A stretch of DNA of 64,000 nt, from the NCBI RefSeq assembly GCF_037042905.1, contig NC_087252.1, forward strand, positions 27,716,001 through 27,780,000, written 5' to 3'. The notes under the pieces are model-generated. The model did no database searches. It worked only from the letters and a program-made list of their open reading frames with translations, and had not been told where the DNA came from. The translations under genes and the position numbers were made by a program. This document shows positions 14,955-29,600 of the stretch, piece by piece. Origin of the DNA: Lytechinus pictus (lineage: Eukaryota). Numbering within the stretch: the first letter of the stretch is position 1; every line of letters starts with the position of its first letter.

Positions 14955-16320
14955 GGTTGTCCCGTCCAATTTCATCAGAGTTGCATTTAAATTAATGACA
15001 GGACGTTCAAATTCGAAATATTTCGTCCACCCTCTGCATAAATACTGTAGTTCATTTTCATTTATTCAGTATTCACTTTCGTTCTATATCATTCCTTTGA
15101 ATTTTGTAGAAATTCAATTTAGAGAGAAATTCGTTCAAATTAATGGCCCAAAAGTGTTATTTAATTTAGCGACGACGAACTGATCGTTTAATTTCGCCTA
15201 AAATACCATTTTCAATTTTATTTATCGGCACACATATTTGCACTTTAATAATAATAATAATTGGATTTATATAGCGCGTTTTCCAGAGGATACAAAGCGC
15301 TGTTTATTGCATAAGACAAGTTAAGGTTTATGGTTATATAAGTGTTTTTTGAGATGTTTTTTGAAGAGGTCAAGAGAAGAGAGGTTTCGAAGAGATGGAG
15401 GGAGTTTGTTCCAAAGACGGGGGGCAAGAGATTGAAAGGAGTTGAAACCGGCCTGTTTTCTGGATTTTGGAATGACATAGGAAGGAGCAGCTGCAGAACG
15501 AAGAGAGTATGTAGATCTTTGTTGCTGAAATAACGAAGAAATGTAAGAAGGTAGTGTGGTTGACAGAGATTTAAAACGTCCAAATTCAGATAACATGTTT
15601 CTGTGTTAATTTTTTTTTATTACGTTATACAATTTTTTTTTTCAAACTTTACCCATCTTTCTATTTTTCTGATCTTTTCAGTTAGAATCATTTTATTCCA
15701 TTATGTTTGATAAAGACGTAATTCATGTAACACTTATATGATATGGTTGTAAACGGTTATTCTTTTAGTGATTGATGAGTTGGTGCAGGGGCAGATCCAG
15801 GATTTCTCAAAGGGGGGGGGGGATTTTCCCGAGGAATTCGAGGAGCAAAAATGGGATAAGAAACATAGTATTGACCACAGTCTATAGTTATGAAAGTGGA
15901 ACAAAAACGAGTTGTTGTTCCGATGATGGTTTGTCAGATGGATGATACATTTCAGTAGAATTGAAAGCATCCAATTTAGAAGTAAAACCCATTTCCATAA
16001 TTATTCAAAAGAAGTAAAAGAACAACATCAACGAAAAACACTGTCCATATCCTATAAGTGATTGCATATCAATGATTTTGAATTCCTAGACGTTCGCAAG
16101 GAGGGTACCGGTGCGAATTTGAAAACATTTCTTCCGCTATTTTAATTTGATCGTTCTTTATACACGTTTAAATGAGATAACCATAAAATCGCGTGCCAAT
16201 AGAATTAAATTGAATAAACTATTTGGCTATTCAAATGTTGATCTCATTCAAATTAGTTGCAAATTGAATTATAACATCATTAAATCGGTTGAAATTTTGA
16301 CGAAATTGGACGGGAAAACC
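14955..16320. mobile_element. TIR element flanked by TA/TATA
   Basis: tata|ggttgtcccgtccaatttc ... gaaattggacgggaaaacc|tata. Confidence 0.7.
15245..15596 (-). mobile_element. 3' end of L2-clade LINE with (TTA)n tail
   Basis: ORF LPSYISSL...YSLRS...SFQSLAPRLWNKLP.SLR...FKKHLKKHLY, then a tail reading ...gcgctatataaatccaattattattatta. Confidence 0.85.
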
Positions 16321-19300
16321 TATATTTGACCTCAGGAACAACATTAAATATCTACTAAAATCCGCATCTGGGAAAGTGGTTATTTTCAAGATGGCGTCCA
16401 AGATGGCCGCCATTCACTGAAAATGGATACAACTCACCCATTATCCATCCAGGAATTCTATTTCGATTCATATTTCATGGTCTAGGGGGTAAAACATTGT
16501 TGATACAGGATATAGTGACTTATAAGCCCTCCAGTATACCTGGTAAATCCAAGATGGCGCCCAAAATGACTGCCGTAGGCTGAAAATTCACAATTCATCT
16601 AAGTGGCTTCACTTTGGTTTTTATTCAATGGTTTAAGGGCGAAGTAGTACTTGGAACAAGTTACAAGGACAGCCAGTGGTCTGGTGTGTCCAAAAAATAC
16701 AAGATGGTGTCCAAATATCCAAGATGGCTTCCAAAAATGGAGTTTAAAATGGCTGTTGATAATTAAAATGGACATAGTTCATTCATATCCACTTGGGACA
16801 TAATGATTTTGGTGTCTAAACCATGTTTTCAATGGTCAAATAAGACATAAGGACAAGTGACAAGGAAAGTCAGCGGTCCAGTATGTTAACAAATGTCTTC
16901 CAAAAATGGAGTCTAAAATTGTTGTTGCTACTTAAGAAAACCGACATAGTTTGCTCAATATCCAGAAATATGATTTTGATGTCTAAACCACTGGTTTCAA
17001 GGGTCAAATGATATATTAGGATAGGTTACAAGGACAGTCAGTGGTCTGGTTTGTCCAAAAATCGAAGATGGCTTCCAAAAATTTATCTTAAAAATAGGCT
17101 GCTGATACTTAAATCGGACAAAGCTCACTTCATATCGGCCTGGGAGATGTGATTTTGGTGTCTAAACCACTGGTTTCAAGGGTCAATTAAGACATAAGGG
17201 CAAGTTACAAGGACAGTCATTGGCCTGGTATTTCAAAAAATCTATATGTTGGCTTCCAAAAATTGATTCTAGATAGAATGCCGTTACTTAAAGCGGACAT
17301 TGTTTATTTCATTCGGCCTGAGAAATAATAATAATAAGGCATTTAGGAACGCTATACATAGTACACTATATCATAGCGTTTACACTGTAGATCAATTTAC
17401 AACACTTAAAAAAGCTACATCTATCTTAGATACAAGTACGTTTTCAACTGTTTCTTAAATGCGATTTTGGTGTCCAAATCACTGGTTTCAAGGGTTAAAA
17501 TAATGCATTAGGGCAAGTTTTAAGGACAGTCAGTGGTCTGGTATGACCAAAAATCCAATATGGCTTCCAAAAACTGTTTAAAATAGCTGCTGATACTTAA
17601 AAGTGACACAGCTCATTTTATATCCGCCTGTGAGATATGATTTCAGTGTCTACAATATGGTTTCAATGGTCAAATGATATATTAGGACAAGTTACAATGA
17701 CATTCAGTGGTCTGGTATGTCAAAAAATCCACGATGGCTTCCAAAAAAGGAGTAAAAAAATACTGATGTTACTTATAAGAGGACATAGTTTGTTTTATAT
17801 CTGTCTGGGGAATATGAGTTTGGTGTCTAAACCATGATTTACAGGGTCAAATGTCAAATAATACACTAGGGTAAGTTACAGACCAGTCAGTTGTCTGTAT
17901 GTCGAAAAGATCCAAGGTGACTTAAAAAAATGGGGTGTAAATTGACTGTTGTTACTTAAAGGTATACATAGTTTATTAGAAATGCACCTTGGAGGGATGA
18001 TTTTGGTGTATACACTAGAGTTTACAGGGTCAAGTAATATATTGGGTTAAGTTGAAAGGACAGTCAGATGTCAAGTATGTCCAAAAATCGAAGATGGCTT
18101 TAAAAATTTGGGTTTTAAATGTCTGTTTTTACTTGGGGATATTATTTTGGTGTCTACACTAGGGTTTCAAGGGTTAAAAATACTTTGGAACTGGCTACCA
18201 TGATATGCAGTTAGCCATTTTGCCTTAAAATCCATGTTGGCTTAAAAAAATGGGTTCCAAAGTGACTGCTGTTCTTTAAAAATGGACACAGTTAACAAAA
18301 TATCCACCTGTAAGAAATAATATTGGTGCCTACACTTAAATGCATGGGGATAAGTTATCATATTGATTCATGAGTTGGTTACAGCACCCATTTTGAGGAA
18401 ATTTTAGAATCCACCATGGATTTTTTTTTGGACAAAATGTAGTACAAACCATCCTCGTTACTTTTCCGAATGCATTATTTGACCCTTCATATACCACGAT
18501 TCAGAAAACAACATTATTTCTTACAGATAGATATTTTAGAACTCCGACCATTATTGAGTGATATGAGTCGTTTTAGATGCCTTTTTTGAAAACCCTCTTG
18601 GATTTTTAGGCAAATTGGACAACTGCATATCAATGTAATCAGTCCAAACGTATTATTTTAACCATGAAACCAAATTGTGGACACCGAAATCACATCTTGG
18701 TGGATTTTAAATGACCTATGTCAATTTTTAAAGTAACAGCAGTCATTCTAGACTCCAATTTTTGGAAACCATCTTGGATTTTCGACATACTGGACCACTG
18801 ACTGTCCTTGTTATTAATTTTCTGACTTTTAAAACCATGGTATAGACATCAAAATCATATGCCCTTGACGGATATTACATGAACTATGTCCATTTATAAA
18901 TATCAGCCGTTATATGACACCTAGATAGACCCTTGTGATTTGATTGGTTGTTTGATATCGTTCATTCAGCCCATTTCTCAATGACGTCATCAACCGTGCA
19001 ATTTTGGATCCATTCATCGTGCAATTTTGGATCGATACGATTTTGTCCATTGCACTCGCGTACCGAGACTGCAGCCTCATGCACCAGTAATGCGCATGTT
19101 GTAATGACGTAACAATCAACAGACCGAACTCGCACAGCATGAGCATGTTTTGCATCGAAATTCATGAATTTCATATGATTTTTAGGTGTCATATAAACCA
19201 AATAATGAATGTTTTTTTCATTCGTGGAATGAACAGAATACTTCATTCGGTGAAAGATGAAATAATGATCCATGAAGTATTCTGTCCATTGAACTCATAA

Positions 19301-20529
19301 ACATTCATTATTTGCATACTTATTTATACTATTTTTTAAGCCATCGTGGACTTTTGGACATACTTGACCACCCATCGTCCTTGTAACTTATCCCAATGTA
19401 TCATTTGACTCATTTAACCATGATATAGGCACAAAAATAATATTCCCGGATATTGAACAAACTATGTTGGGTTTTTTTTTCTAAGAAGCAACAGCATCTT
19501 TTTACTCCATTTTTGGAAGCCAACTTGGATTTTTTTACATACCGGACCACTGACTGTCCTTGTAACTTGTTCCAATGTATTATTTTGACCATTGAAACCA
19601 TGGTCTAGACCCCCAAATCATATCTCCCATGTGGATACGATATGAGCTATGTCCATTTTAAGTATTAACAGCCATTTTAAACTCAATTTTTGGAAGCCAT
19701 ATTGTATTTTTGACACACCAGACCAGTGGCTGTCCTTGTAACATGTCCCGATGTACTACTTCACCAGTAGCCATTTTGGGCGCGATCTTGGATTTTCCAG
19801 GTACCCTGGAGTGCTAATATTCACTCTAACTTATATCAATAAATTCGTTTAACCACTGGACCATGGAATATGAACCAAAGTAGGATTCTACGGTGGATAA
19901 TGAGTGAGTTATATCAATTTTTAGTGAATGGCGGCCATCTTGGACGCCATCTTGAAAATAACTACTTTCCCATATGCGGATTTTGGTAGATTTTTAGTAT
20001 GTTATTCCTTAGGTCAAATACTGCCAGAAACAGTTGAAAAATCATTTGTTGCAATTTGTTCCTGGTCAAACCATATATTAAACCGTCTATTAGGAGTAAA
20101 GGCCAAATTAGTGCCAAATCGTAGCCAATCGTACGACTGCTATGACGTCATTACGTCTAGATATTTAATTTGCTTTTATTCTAAGAAGGATGATAGCATA
20201 GTCACATATTTGAACATAGGTATTCGTACGATGATTTCGAACCTTACACGGTAAGATCTTTCAAGTCTCAATATTAGCATCAAATTCGAATACGTTTATT
20301 CCATAATTGAGTCGCAGACCATTCGTAAGGTGTGCGGTCGCTTTTAGTCACACCAACAAAGGCGAGTCAAGAACGATTTCATATATTGTACTCACTGTAA
20401 AGGCATGCCAGCGATTGCGTTGGAGTCGATATCAATAGCGACTTTTCGCAAACCCCAGGGACGAGAACACTAGGGTGTAACACAAAGGTTAGCGATTAAT
20501 GGTACACCCGAATTTTACAATATGTATAG

Positions 20530-23500
20530 TAGGGGTGGGCAAATAAAACTTTTTTTGGGAAATTCAATTTCAAACGAGTGGATTCTGTTGCCATTTCGGC
20601 TGCTGAACAAAAATCTAATAAGTATTTTTGTTTTGGAATACGTCTGATATTGGCCCCCAGTGATTTTTTTTTAATGCCCGCCAAATTCCTCCCAAATCAG
20701 TGATTTCACGTGTAAATCCTTGAACATTTATACAAATAAGGCTTGCAATGTGTCTAACTACATGTTTTCATGATTACTGAGCACAAAATGCATGAATCAG
20801 ATAAGTAAGGTCATTTAAAATGATGTTTATCGGTTGGAAAACAGCAAATTTTGGTAAAAATTGCCCCCAAATTGCAATTTTTGTACATAAAACCTTAATT
20901 ATTCATTCATCTGTAGTTTGTTTATGTCTAAACATATGATTTTATGGCCACTGGGTCAAACAATGGATAAAACAGACATGTTTGGTCATTACTACTTTTT
21001 GAGAAAAATCACAATTTTTTGGTAAAACTGACTAAAAATATACTGCAAATATTTATACAACTACGGCTTGTAATTTTTCTAACCATGTCTTTTCTGGCGA
21101 TTTGGTAGACAAACACAAATGTATAAGTTGTACTGTCTGAATTAAAAGAATCTGTATTTTAGTGGAATACCCCCCCCCCTCTTCCCCTCAAAAAAGAATC
21201 TTCCTATGCAGGATTCCAGACGCATATAGGTCTTGAAACTATTACTAAAATCGATGTATTTATAGGATATTTCCAGAGCTTTGGCGAGTAGCCCCACATT
21301 ATAACAGAATGAATAATAACGGAAAATATCAGAGGATGTCGTCAAACTTTAGGGAAAATAATTTACATTTTCATAAATACTGTTAAATTATCTAAGGATT
21401 TTCATAAAATTTCCGTTTTGCCATGCATTCTACTTGTAGACTTACTCATGATTTGATATGCATTATTTACACTACATTTGGTAGCACAGCGCTGATGCCA
21501 TCAGTGATACTATCTTTTGATATAGGTGTGTTTCTTGGTGAGCCTTTTAGGCCCTTCACAGACTTATTCAACATTAAACATGTTACACAGAATTTCATCT
21601 GCAGCTTTCACATTCCTTATCTGACCAATATAGTGGAGCTACATGTATTATTGGCCAAAGATTAACAATTTCATCCAGGAGACGTCTTTTGAGAGAATTG
21701 CTAATATTTACATTTTAGTCAGTGGGCCATATGATCAGATACATTCAACAGTACTTTGCGAGAAAGTCTAATGCTATGTACTGGTACTGCATTCTCCTTT
21801 TCAGAACAGTGGGCCAAGCATTTCCAGATCCCATATCTCCTGGCTTTCAAATTCACTACTTACAAGCAGATTGTTCCTGGAAAGAGATCCATCTGTAAAT
21901 TTAACAATGTAGTCTAGCTTTTAAGAAAATACGACTCGTACCCAAAGTTATAGTACGCGGAGGAGCGTTGTGCCATTGTCATGATCATTGTCTGATTTTC
22001 TGAAGAGGTCAGTCTTGGGCATCTGCCTCTTTACTGCTTGAATATTATAAAAAAGCACTTCTTTCTCTTACATATATCTGAGCCTGCATACATTATATCT
22101 ATATCTTCTTAAACTCAACAAAATAATTTAGAATAAAGGAAAATCTTCGTTCTTATTCATATTTTGTCTACAGTATCCTGATCACCCATTTTTATTGATG
22201 CCCAGCAGTTCCATCATCATTATTATGGGAAATATGACAAGATGGCACATAATTGTGTTGATTATAAAAAACAGCATGAGAAACATTCCTTCTGAATGAA
22301 TATACGGTATAGAGACAGCGATTTGGTTGATATAAGCATGTCAGTTACTATAAATACTATAAGTACTGAATCCATTGGCTAGGAACCCTTTTAAACACTG
22401 GATCTGAATTAATGATATTTTTGCCATCCAGGGGAGCATTTTCTGAAATGACCTGTCAGACGTTTTATCTGACAAGTATTGTTTTATCCGACAGTTACCA
22501 TGGTAACAGCCAACCATTCTCAAGGAAAGTTGATGAAACGCTCCCCAGGGAGGGTTGGGATGTAGCCCCTTCTGAAGACGGAGATACAAATACTAGAGTG
22601 ATAATTGTGACAAAAATATATTTCTAAAGAAAAATCTAAAGCATATGCTTTGGGTCTTTGTTAAAAGCAAAAAATCTGTAAGTACTTGCACATGCATGTT
22701 ATGGAATAAAGCTCTGTTCTAACATAACTTTTCATTACTACTTGGCTTTTAAAGAAGTAAAAATAAAAATATAATGCATTAATTGATATAATATTAGATG
22801 ATAATCTAGCTGGCTTGAACTGCAGATAGATAAATCATTACGTTTTTATTACTGTAATTCATAACAGTAAATAAGGATCACCATTCACATTTATGCTATA
22901 GGCTCAAATTATATATATGTATTTTCTATATGTGTGGCGTCGCGCGAAAACCAGACTATTGGTGAGAGACAATAAATGCGCTAGGACGTCATTTAAATAC
23001 GCGTGTCATCAACATTTTGTCTGGCGCGCGTCGCGAGGAAAAACAAAACAAACAACCCGCGGGAAATTAAAAAAAATTTCAGGCGCATTTTTATTTTTCA
23101 GAACTGTGGATATCGGCTCGATATATTTGGTGGCGGGTTATGTTGATTGGATTTAATGCCCCTGGCTGAAATCCATAAAGGTAAGTTAAATTATGTTGCA
23201 GATTGAGTTGATATGATAAATAAACAAGATTTTTTTGTCCTAAAAAATCTTGTTTATTTATTATATCACCACAATAATCCTTCTAATCTCTTAGATATGC
23301 TATTATTTGAACTCAGCACCCTTAAAAATTTATATATATATTAAAAATACGTATTACACACCCCTTTAATGATGTTTGATGTGAAAATATGGCAAAAAGA
23401 CATTTTCCCGCCATTTTTTTCACAAAATAGCGGGAACCAATATAAAACTTCTTCGTAGGTCATAATGGTTGTCGGATTAGTGTTCGGCAGCCAAAATTGC

Positions 23501-23549
23501 TGTAGAATCTACTCGTTTCGCAAAAAAACATGTTTTTTGCCCACCCCTA
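20530..23549. mobile_element. hAT-like element with ~70-bp imperfect TIRs
   Basis: taggggtgggcaaa ... ttgcccaccccta; flanks atgtatag / at-tatag resemble a decayed 8-bp TSD. Confidence 0.65.
22431..22545. mobile_element. Small Harbinger-like MITE (CAG TSD)
   Basis: cag|gggagcatttt ... aaacgctccc|cag. Confidence 0.55.
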
Positions 23550-23597
23550 ATTATAGTTAATGGAACAATCGTAGAAAACTTCTACAATCATTGTTAA

Positions 23598-26500
23598 TAG
23601 TCCAGGATAGGCCCCATAGAGATGGGGTCGAACCTTGTATTTTTAGATGTGCAATGTTTTTTTTATGGTTTCTTGTCTATTCGAGGGTGTTGATTCCGAA
23701 TCTGAATGATAATAATAATGACTTTTATAACCTTGAACACTCTCCGCAAATTGGCAAAATCCAATATGGCCGCCAAAATATGCCAATTACCCAAGAAAAT
23801 TAAAACATTGCCCATTAACTATAAAATGCATGTAGGTGTTGTGCAGAAGTGAAATACTCGTTTGAAAAGCGACATTTGACAAAATATTTATTTCCTTGTT
23901 ATTCAAAATGGCCGCCATAAGCCAATGTATACTTTATTATGTAGAATATGAATCGGGAAAAATAATTTTAAACAAGAGCACTATTATTGCATGTGATTGT
24001 GACATACCAGTGGACTACTGTCTGAAAACATGATTATTAACAAAACTATGTTATTTGTATACTATCTAATGTGATAAATGCTTTATTATGATATTCAAAA
24101 TGACTGTCATACACCCTTTATACTGTGTACAATATATAAAAGGGGAAAAAATAATTTTCACATTTGAATTTGCCGTAGGCCCTATCTGTATTATGAACAA
24201 AGCGAATGAAGAAGCTAATTTTCACAAGAGTCAGAACAATAAAATAAATGTAATTGTAATCTACGAGTGAAATATTGTCTAAAAACATGTTTTCCAGCGA
24301 AAAATATCATTTCCTTTTTCATGCATGAGATAAATGCTGTATTATGAAATTCAACATGGCCCCTATGGGCCCTTGCAGTATTATTTACAATGTAAATGGG
24401 GACAAATAATTTTGAAAGAATTAGGATTTGCATGACTATGAAATCCATATAGTTCTGTTGTATGAGGAAAATATTAATTGAAAACGTTATTTTTTTTTAC
24501 TCTCCCATGTAAGGGATAAATACTGTACTTTGACTTTCAAACTGGCCACTACAAGCCCTAACTAAATTATGTAACATGCGTATAGGGAAACAAATTTTTA
24601 CCGAATCGAGAACCCAAAACGCACGTGACTATGTAATGTATAGGTAAAATTTGGTCTTGAACATAATTTATAATTAAATACATCACATATTCGTCGAGAA
24701 GGTGATAAAGACCTTACTCTGAAATTCAAAATGGCTGCCATAGCCCAAAGTAGAATGTACATTGTAACTGGGGACAGATAATTTTGACATAATTTTTACT
24801 AAGAAAATTGCTTAATTTTGATGTAAGTGTAAAGTATTATCGAAACCCAATGATTACTAACGAAATATGTCATAGCTTGTGTCATAAAGGTGATGGATGC
24901 TGCATTTTGAACTTGAAAAATTGCCGCCATTTTCTGAAATGTAAATGTAAAATTTGAATGGGGAAAGACAATTTCCACACAAAAATGCAAATCGCAGCCA
25001 TTTTGAATTTTGAAATATAGCATTTTTCACCTAAATAACCCAAGAAATTGTCTATTTCGCTAGAAATCACATTTTCAGACGATATTTCACTCATACATGC
25101 AACACCATTTAGTCAAGCAAAGCCAATTCTGTTAAAATTATATGTTGCCATTCACATATACATAATACATGTGTAATAGGCCTACCGTTAGGGCCTGTAG
25201 CGGCCAGTTTTACTTTTAAAATACATTATTTATCACCTACCTGGTAGAATAAATGATATATCTTGTTAGAATTTATGTTTTCAGACAATATTTTACTCTT
25301 AGATCACAATTATATGCATTCTATGGTGCTGACTCCTATAAAAATTGGTTTCCCAGATTGATTGTACATAATACAGTCAATGTCTTTGGCGGCCATTTTA
25401 AAAGTCAAAATACAATGAAACCCGAATAATACATTTCTTTGAAAATTATATTTTAAGGCAGTATTCCACTAATTTACCACTAAAACATGCGTTTTAGCGC
25501 TGCACCTTGTGATTGTTTTTGTCCTCTCTCACATCGTACATTATAATTTTAGGGCCTTTGGCGGCCATTTTAATTTATCAAAATACAGGATTTATTACAT
25601 ACACGGCATGTTAAATAAAAAATTTAAAGGACAAATCCAACCCGATAAAAAGTTGATTTGAATAAAAACAGAAAAATCCAACAATCATAACACTGAAAAT
25701 TTCATCACAAACGGATGTAAAATGAGAAAGTTATGAAATTTTAAAGTTTCGTTTAATTTCTCACAACAGTTATATGCACATCCTGGCCAGTATGCAAATG
25801 AGGGGACTAATGACATCACGCACTCACTATTTATTTTGTATTCTATTATCTGAAATATGAAATATTCTGATTTTCTCACACATATCATTTGAAATCGAGC
25901 TTTATTCCTCCCTGAACTTGTGGAATTAACATAGTTTAACATTATGTAGTTCAGTCAAGTTTTACATTATTGTCAATTCTGTATAAATTGAAATATTGTA
26001 TAATTCAAACAATAATAAACGAAAGAAATAGTGAGTGATGCACATCATAGACTATCGCATTTGCATATCACCGAGTTGTGCATATAATAAAAAAAAAAAC
26101 ATTGTTTTAGTCAGTATCCCACTCTTTTTTCTTAACAAAATGCATTTCAGTGCTCACTCTTGTAATTTTTTTTGTCCCCATTCACATATTGTACATAATA
26201 GTGTTAGGGCTTTTGGAGGCCATTTTGAATATCAAAATACAGGATTTATCACATACATGACATATCAAATGATATATATCGTTAGCAATCACGTTTTCAG
26301 ACACTACTTCACTCATAGATCATTATTACTTGCATTTCAGTGCTCACTTTTGTGAAAATTAATTTTCCCCATTCATATTGTACAGGGGTCTATGGCGGCC
26401 ATTTTGAAGATCAAGAAAATAAATATTTTGTCAAAAATCATTTTTTCAAATATTATTTCACTCCGGCAGCACAATTGCATGTACTTTATAGCCAATGTGT

Positions 26501-26696
26501 GGACAATCTTATGATTTTCATGGGTAATTTGAATATTTTGGCGGCCATATTGAATTTTGCCAATTTTGCAGAAAATGCTCAAGGTTACACGAGTGGCATC
26601 ATTCAGATTCAGAATCAGCACCCTCGAATTGACAAAAAACCATCAAAAACATTGTATATCTAAAAAACAAGGTTCGGCCCCTTCTATCCTGGACTA
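23598..26696. mobile_element. Academ-like foldback element, 3-bp TSD TAA
   Basis: taa|tagtccaggatag ... ctatcctggacta|taa; several hundred bp of inverted similarity and inverted aaaatggccgcc subrepeats. Confidence 0.8.
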
Positions 26697-29600
26697 TAAG
26701 CTTTGTGTTTCGGGCCCTAGATCTGCGTTCTTGTGCAAACTTCTTCCGTGCGACACAATAAATTCAGTGCTTTCATGTACGCACGACTGGTCATCATAGC
26801 ATGCCCGCCGCCTGAGGCAGTCAGTCTGCAGGTCCCAAGAAAGTGGCTTCTTTCATCCAAGTGATATTCATGACTTGAGATGTTTTGCATATTTAATGAG
26901 CTTGATGCGGACCAAAACACCTCTTTTCATTCGGTCATTGCTGCTTTAATTGTGCATCGAATTTCATGAATTTGGTACCATTGTCAAGAAGAAGAATCAT
27001 TCTTTCAGGTCACGTGTTTGGATTTATTCAAAGATTTTGTAATTTAGGTTAAAATTTTGATCTAAAATATGCTACAAAAGAAATATTTTCACCTGACAAA
27101 AGCTGCCATTTTCACACTTTATTTTTGTTTGAGCCCAAATGATTTTTATATCATGATAAAGCTGAATATGTATGCTTTGAAATGATATAGGTTTCAAAAT
27201 AAGAATTGGTTTAATCGGGTCAGGATCACACTTTTCATTTGCCAAGTACATAAAGCAGTTTGAAAACAAGAATACTGCACTCTGATTGGTCAAAGAGACC
27301 ACACAATGGCAAATTCCAACGGTCCCAGTGCCTGGGTTCGTGAGAAGGTCACACTTCCCATGTGGTAATCTCCTCAAATACCCCGCGTCTGTAGTTCTGT
27401 GAATCTTATCCAGCCAATCAGAACTCTGGATTTCATGCAAGTACAACATTTCAGAAATCTCGTCTTGTACCTTGTTGGGAAAAGTGTGATCTTGACGAGA
27501 TTAAAAGTGCCGCATATCAAGAGTGGTATTGTGAGAAAGTACAGAAATTCAGCTTTATGGTGATATAGATATCATTGAGGCTCAGAATAAAAAGTTTTGC
27601 ACCATTTGCAAAAGAAAACAGAGGAAGAAAATTCAGTTTTGAGGCACATTTTCAGGCCAGAAATTTACTTATTTAACAAAATATTGTATACAAAATAAAT
27701 GACCAATATGAAAGAGTAACTTTTACTCTATCTGATGGTGCAATAATATTTCATTTAATTTGAGGTTAAAACAGGTAAATTCTTTGAGAAAGGAAATCTC
27801 ACGAATCACGAGATTTTGCAAGGAGGAGGATTCAGTCACGAGATGATTTGGATGAATCTGGCCTTTTTGCTCATTAGCATAGGGACCTGCGGTCTGACTG
27901 TGAGGCCCGGGACGCGAAATTGTTTTTCCAACCGCAGTTGTGGAAGCCAATATGAATATTCATGACTTGCGTCTTCGGAATAAGAGTACGCATGCGCGTG
28001 GACTTCGATTGTGGTCGTTCGCGTTGCCATGAATGAATCAGCACCTTCAAATTGCCGGTACCCTTATTCATGTTATTGGCATTAGGTTTAGATCTATATC
28101 TAGATCCAATTCTTAAACACTTATCGAATTGCCATTAATGACAGGAAAACATACTAGCCTAAACAATAGTCAAATGTGCCAAAGGCAGACAATAAAACAG
28201 ATTTCCAAACTTTATCCCTGATGTACTATTCTAGTCACCTGGTATATACAATGCCTTTTGTTCTTAGAATTTGAATATTCTACCGGTAAAGCTTACGCAA
28301 CATCTACATTTGAAAATGATAGTGCTTATCCTAATGAAAAATCACAAAGGTCATTTGAGAAAAGTTGATCATGAGCTAACCGTGAACTGGCTTATTGTTT
28401 TAGTTCTTGGTAGAACATTTGGGAATAAACCTAATTTCATATAATAAAACACAAAAGAACAAGTGGGGGATATGACATCATCAGCCCACCAAATGAATAT
28501 TCATAGAGACATGCCTGGAACTGTTTCACCCGAATAATGCATATCTTTAAAATTCAATAACTTCGTTATTTGTTATCCGATTTTGATCAAATTTTCAGCA
28601 TTTTGTTCTGTGAATTTTACTCTACTCATTGAAATATAAATATCACCAGCCTGGCTCATCCGTTTAAGGCTTATGTATATCATTAAAGTCCATCTAATCG
28701 ATATTACATCTTTCGTGGAATATTGGTGGATCGCAATTTACTCTGTTGGTCATATTCTCCTCCGCAGGATTCCCCGTTCCAGCTTAACCATTTAGAATGC
28801 GTTATCAGCACAACAAATCTGTCTAGAAACGATCCGGATTTGCTTTTTCTTTTTCTTTTGCTGGCTCCTCCTACACAATGCGAAGGACATATGCCCCGTG
28901 TGCATGGAGGGCATTACGTTTTACTTTCTCCCGAAATGGGCGTCTAGATTTCAAATTTCCGGGGACCACTTCCTTGACGAGTGGATATCAGGAGCGACTA
29001 TGCGGTTTCGACAAGCAACCCATTACGTTGCATACGGCAACTCTTGAAAAGAAAAATCCCCTTTTACGCTTTGTCGTGCCTGGTATCGACGCGTCAATGG
29101 TGCCAAAAAGTGCGCCCCCCCCCCCCGGCGGCTTCCTCGAGCTCTGGGAGGACCCAAATGTGGCTCTGGAAGCAAATGGTAATCAATTTGCATTGCAGGA
29201 CAGTCTTTTACGACAGGCCCAAAGTCTCTTCCAGAATCATCTACCGTCGTAAAGGTAGGTCCGCGTTGCCCTGCGAAAGATCGGTAATAGTATTGTTTTT
29301 GGTTTCATTTTATCGCAATATCGAGTATACATTTGGAGGTATATTTTCGTCCCTTACGTGTCGATTGCTGATATTTTGGATTAGTTGTTGATCTTAATGA
29401 TAAAACTAAAAGATATTAATGCACATGCAAATTTTGACATGCAAAATTATTTGTCAAAAATTCTCACATTTATCGAAAACGATTGCAATCGATTTAAAAT
29501 ATCTAAATCATAGTGAATTGCGTATTCATGTAAGATATTCCCATTGTCCGTGCAAAAATATGAAAAAATATGAAGGATAAGGCATATCAGTTAATTTTGG

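Larger units (their letters stand above)
14119..20089. mobile_element. Academ-like foldback element with long inverted arms of ~170-bp subrepeats
   Basis: Termini tagacgg / ccgtcta; 14885-14950 plus 16321-18400 mirror 18400-20089 (e.g. caagatggcgtccaagatggccgcc vs ggcggccatcttggacgccatcttg). Confidence 0.75.
12803..20343. mobile_element. PIF/Harbinger-like non-autonomous element, TTA TSD, host of nested insertions
   Basis: tta|aggccaccgcacaccttacga ... tcgtaaggtgtgcggtcgctt|tta. Confidence 0.75.
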
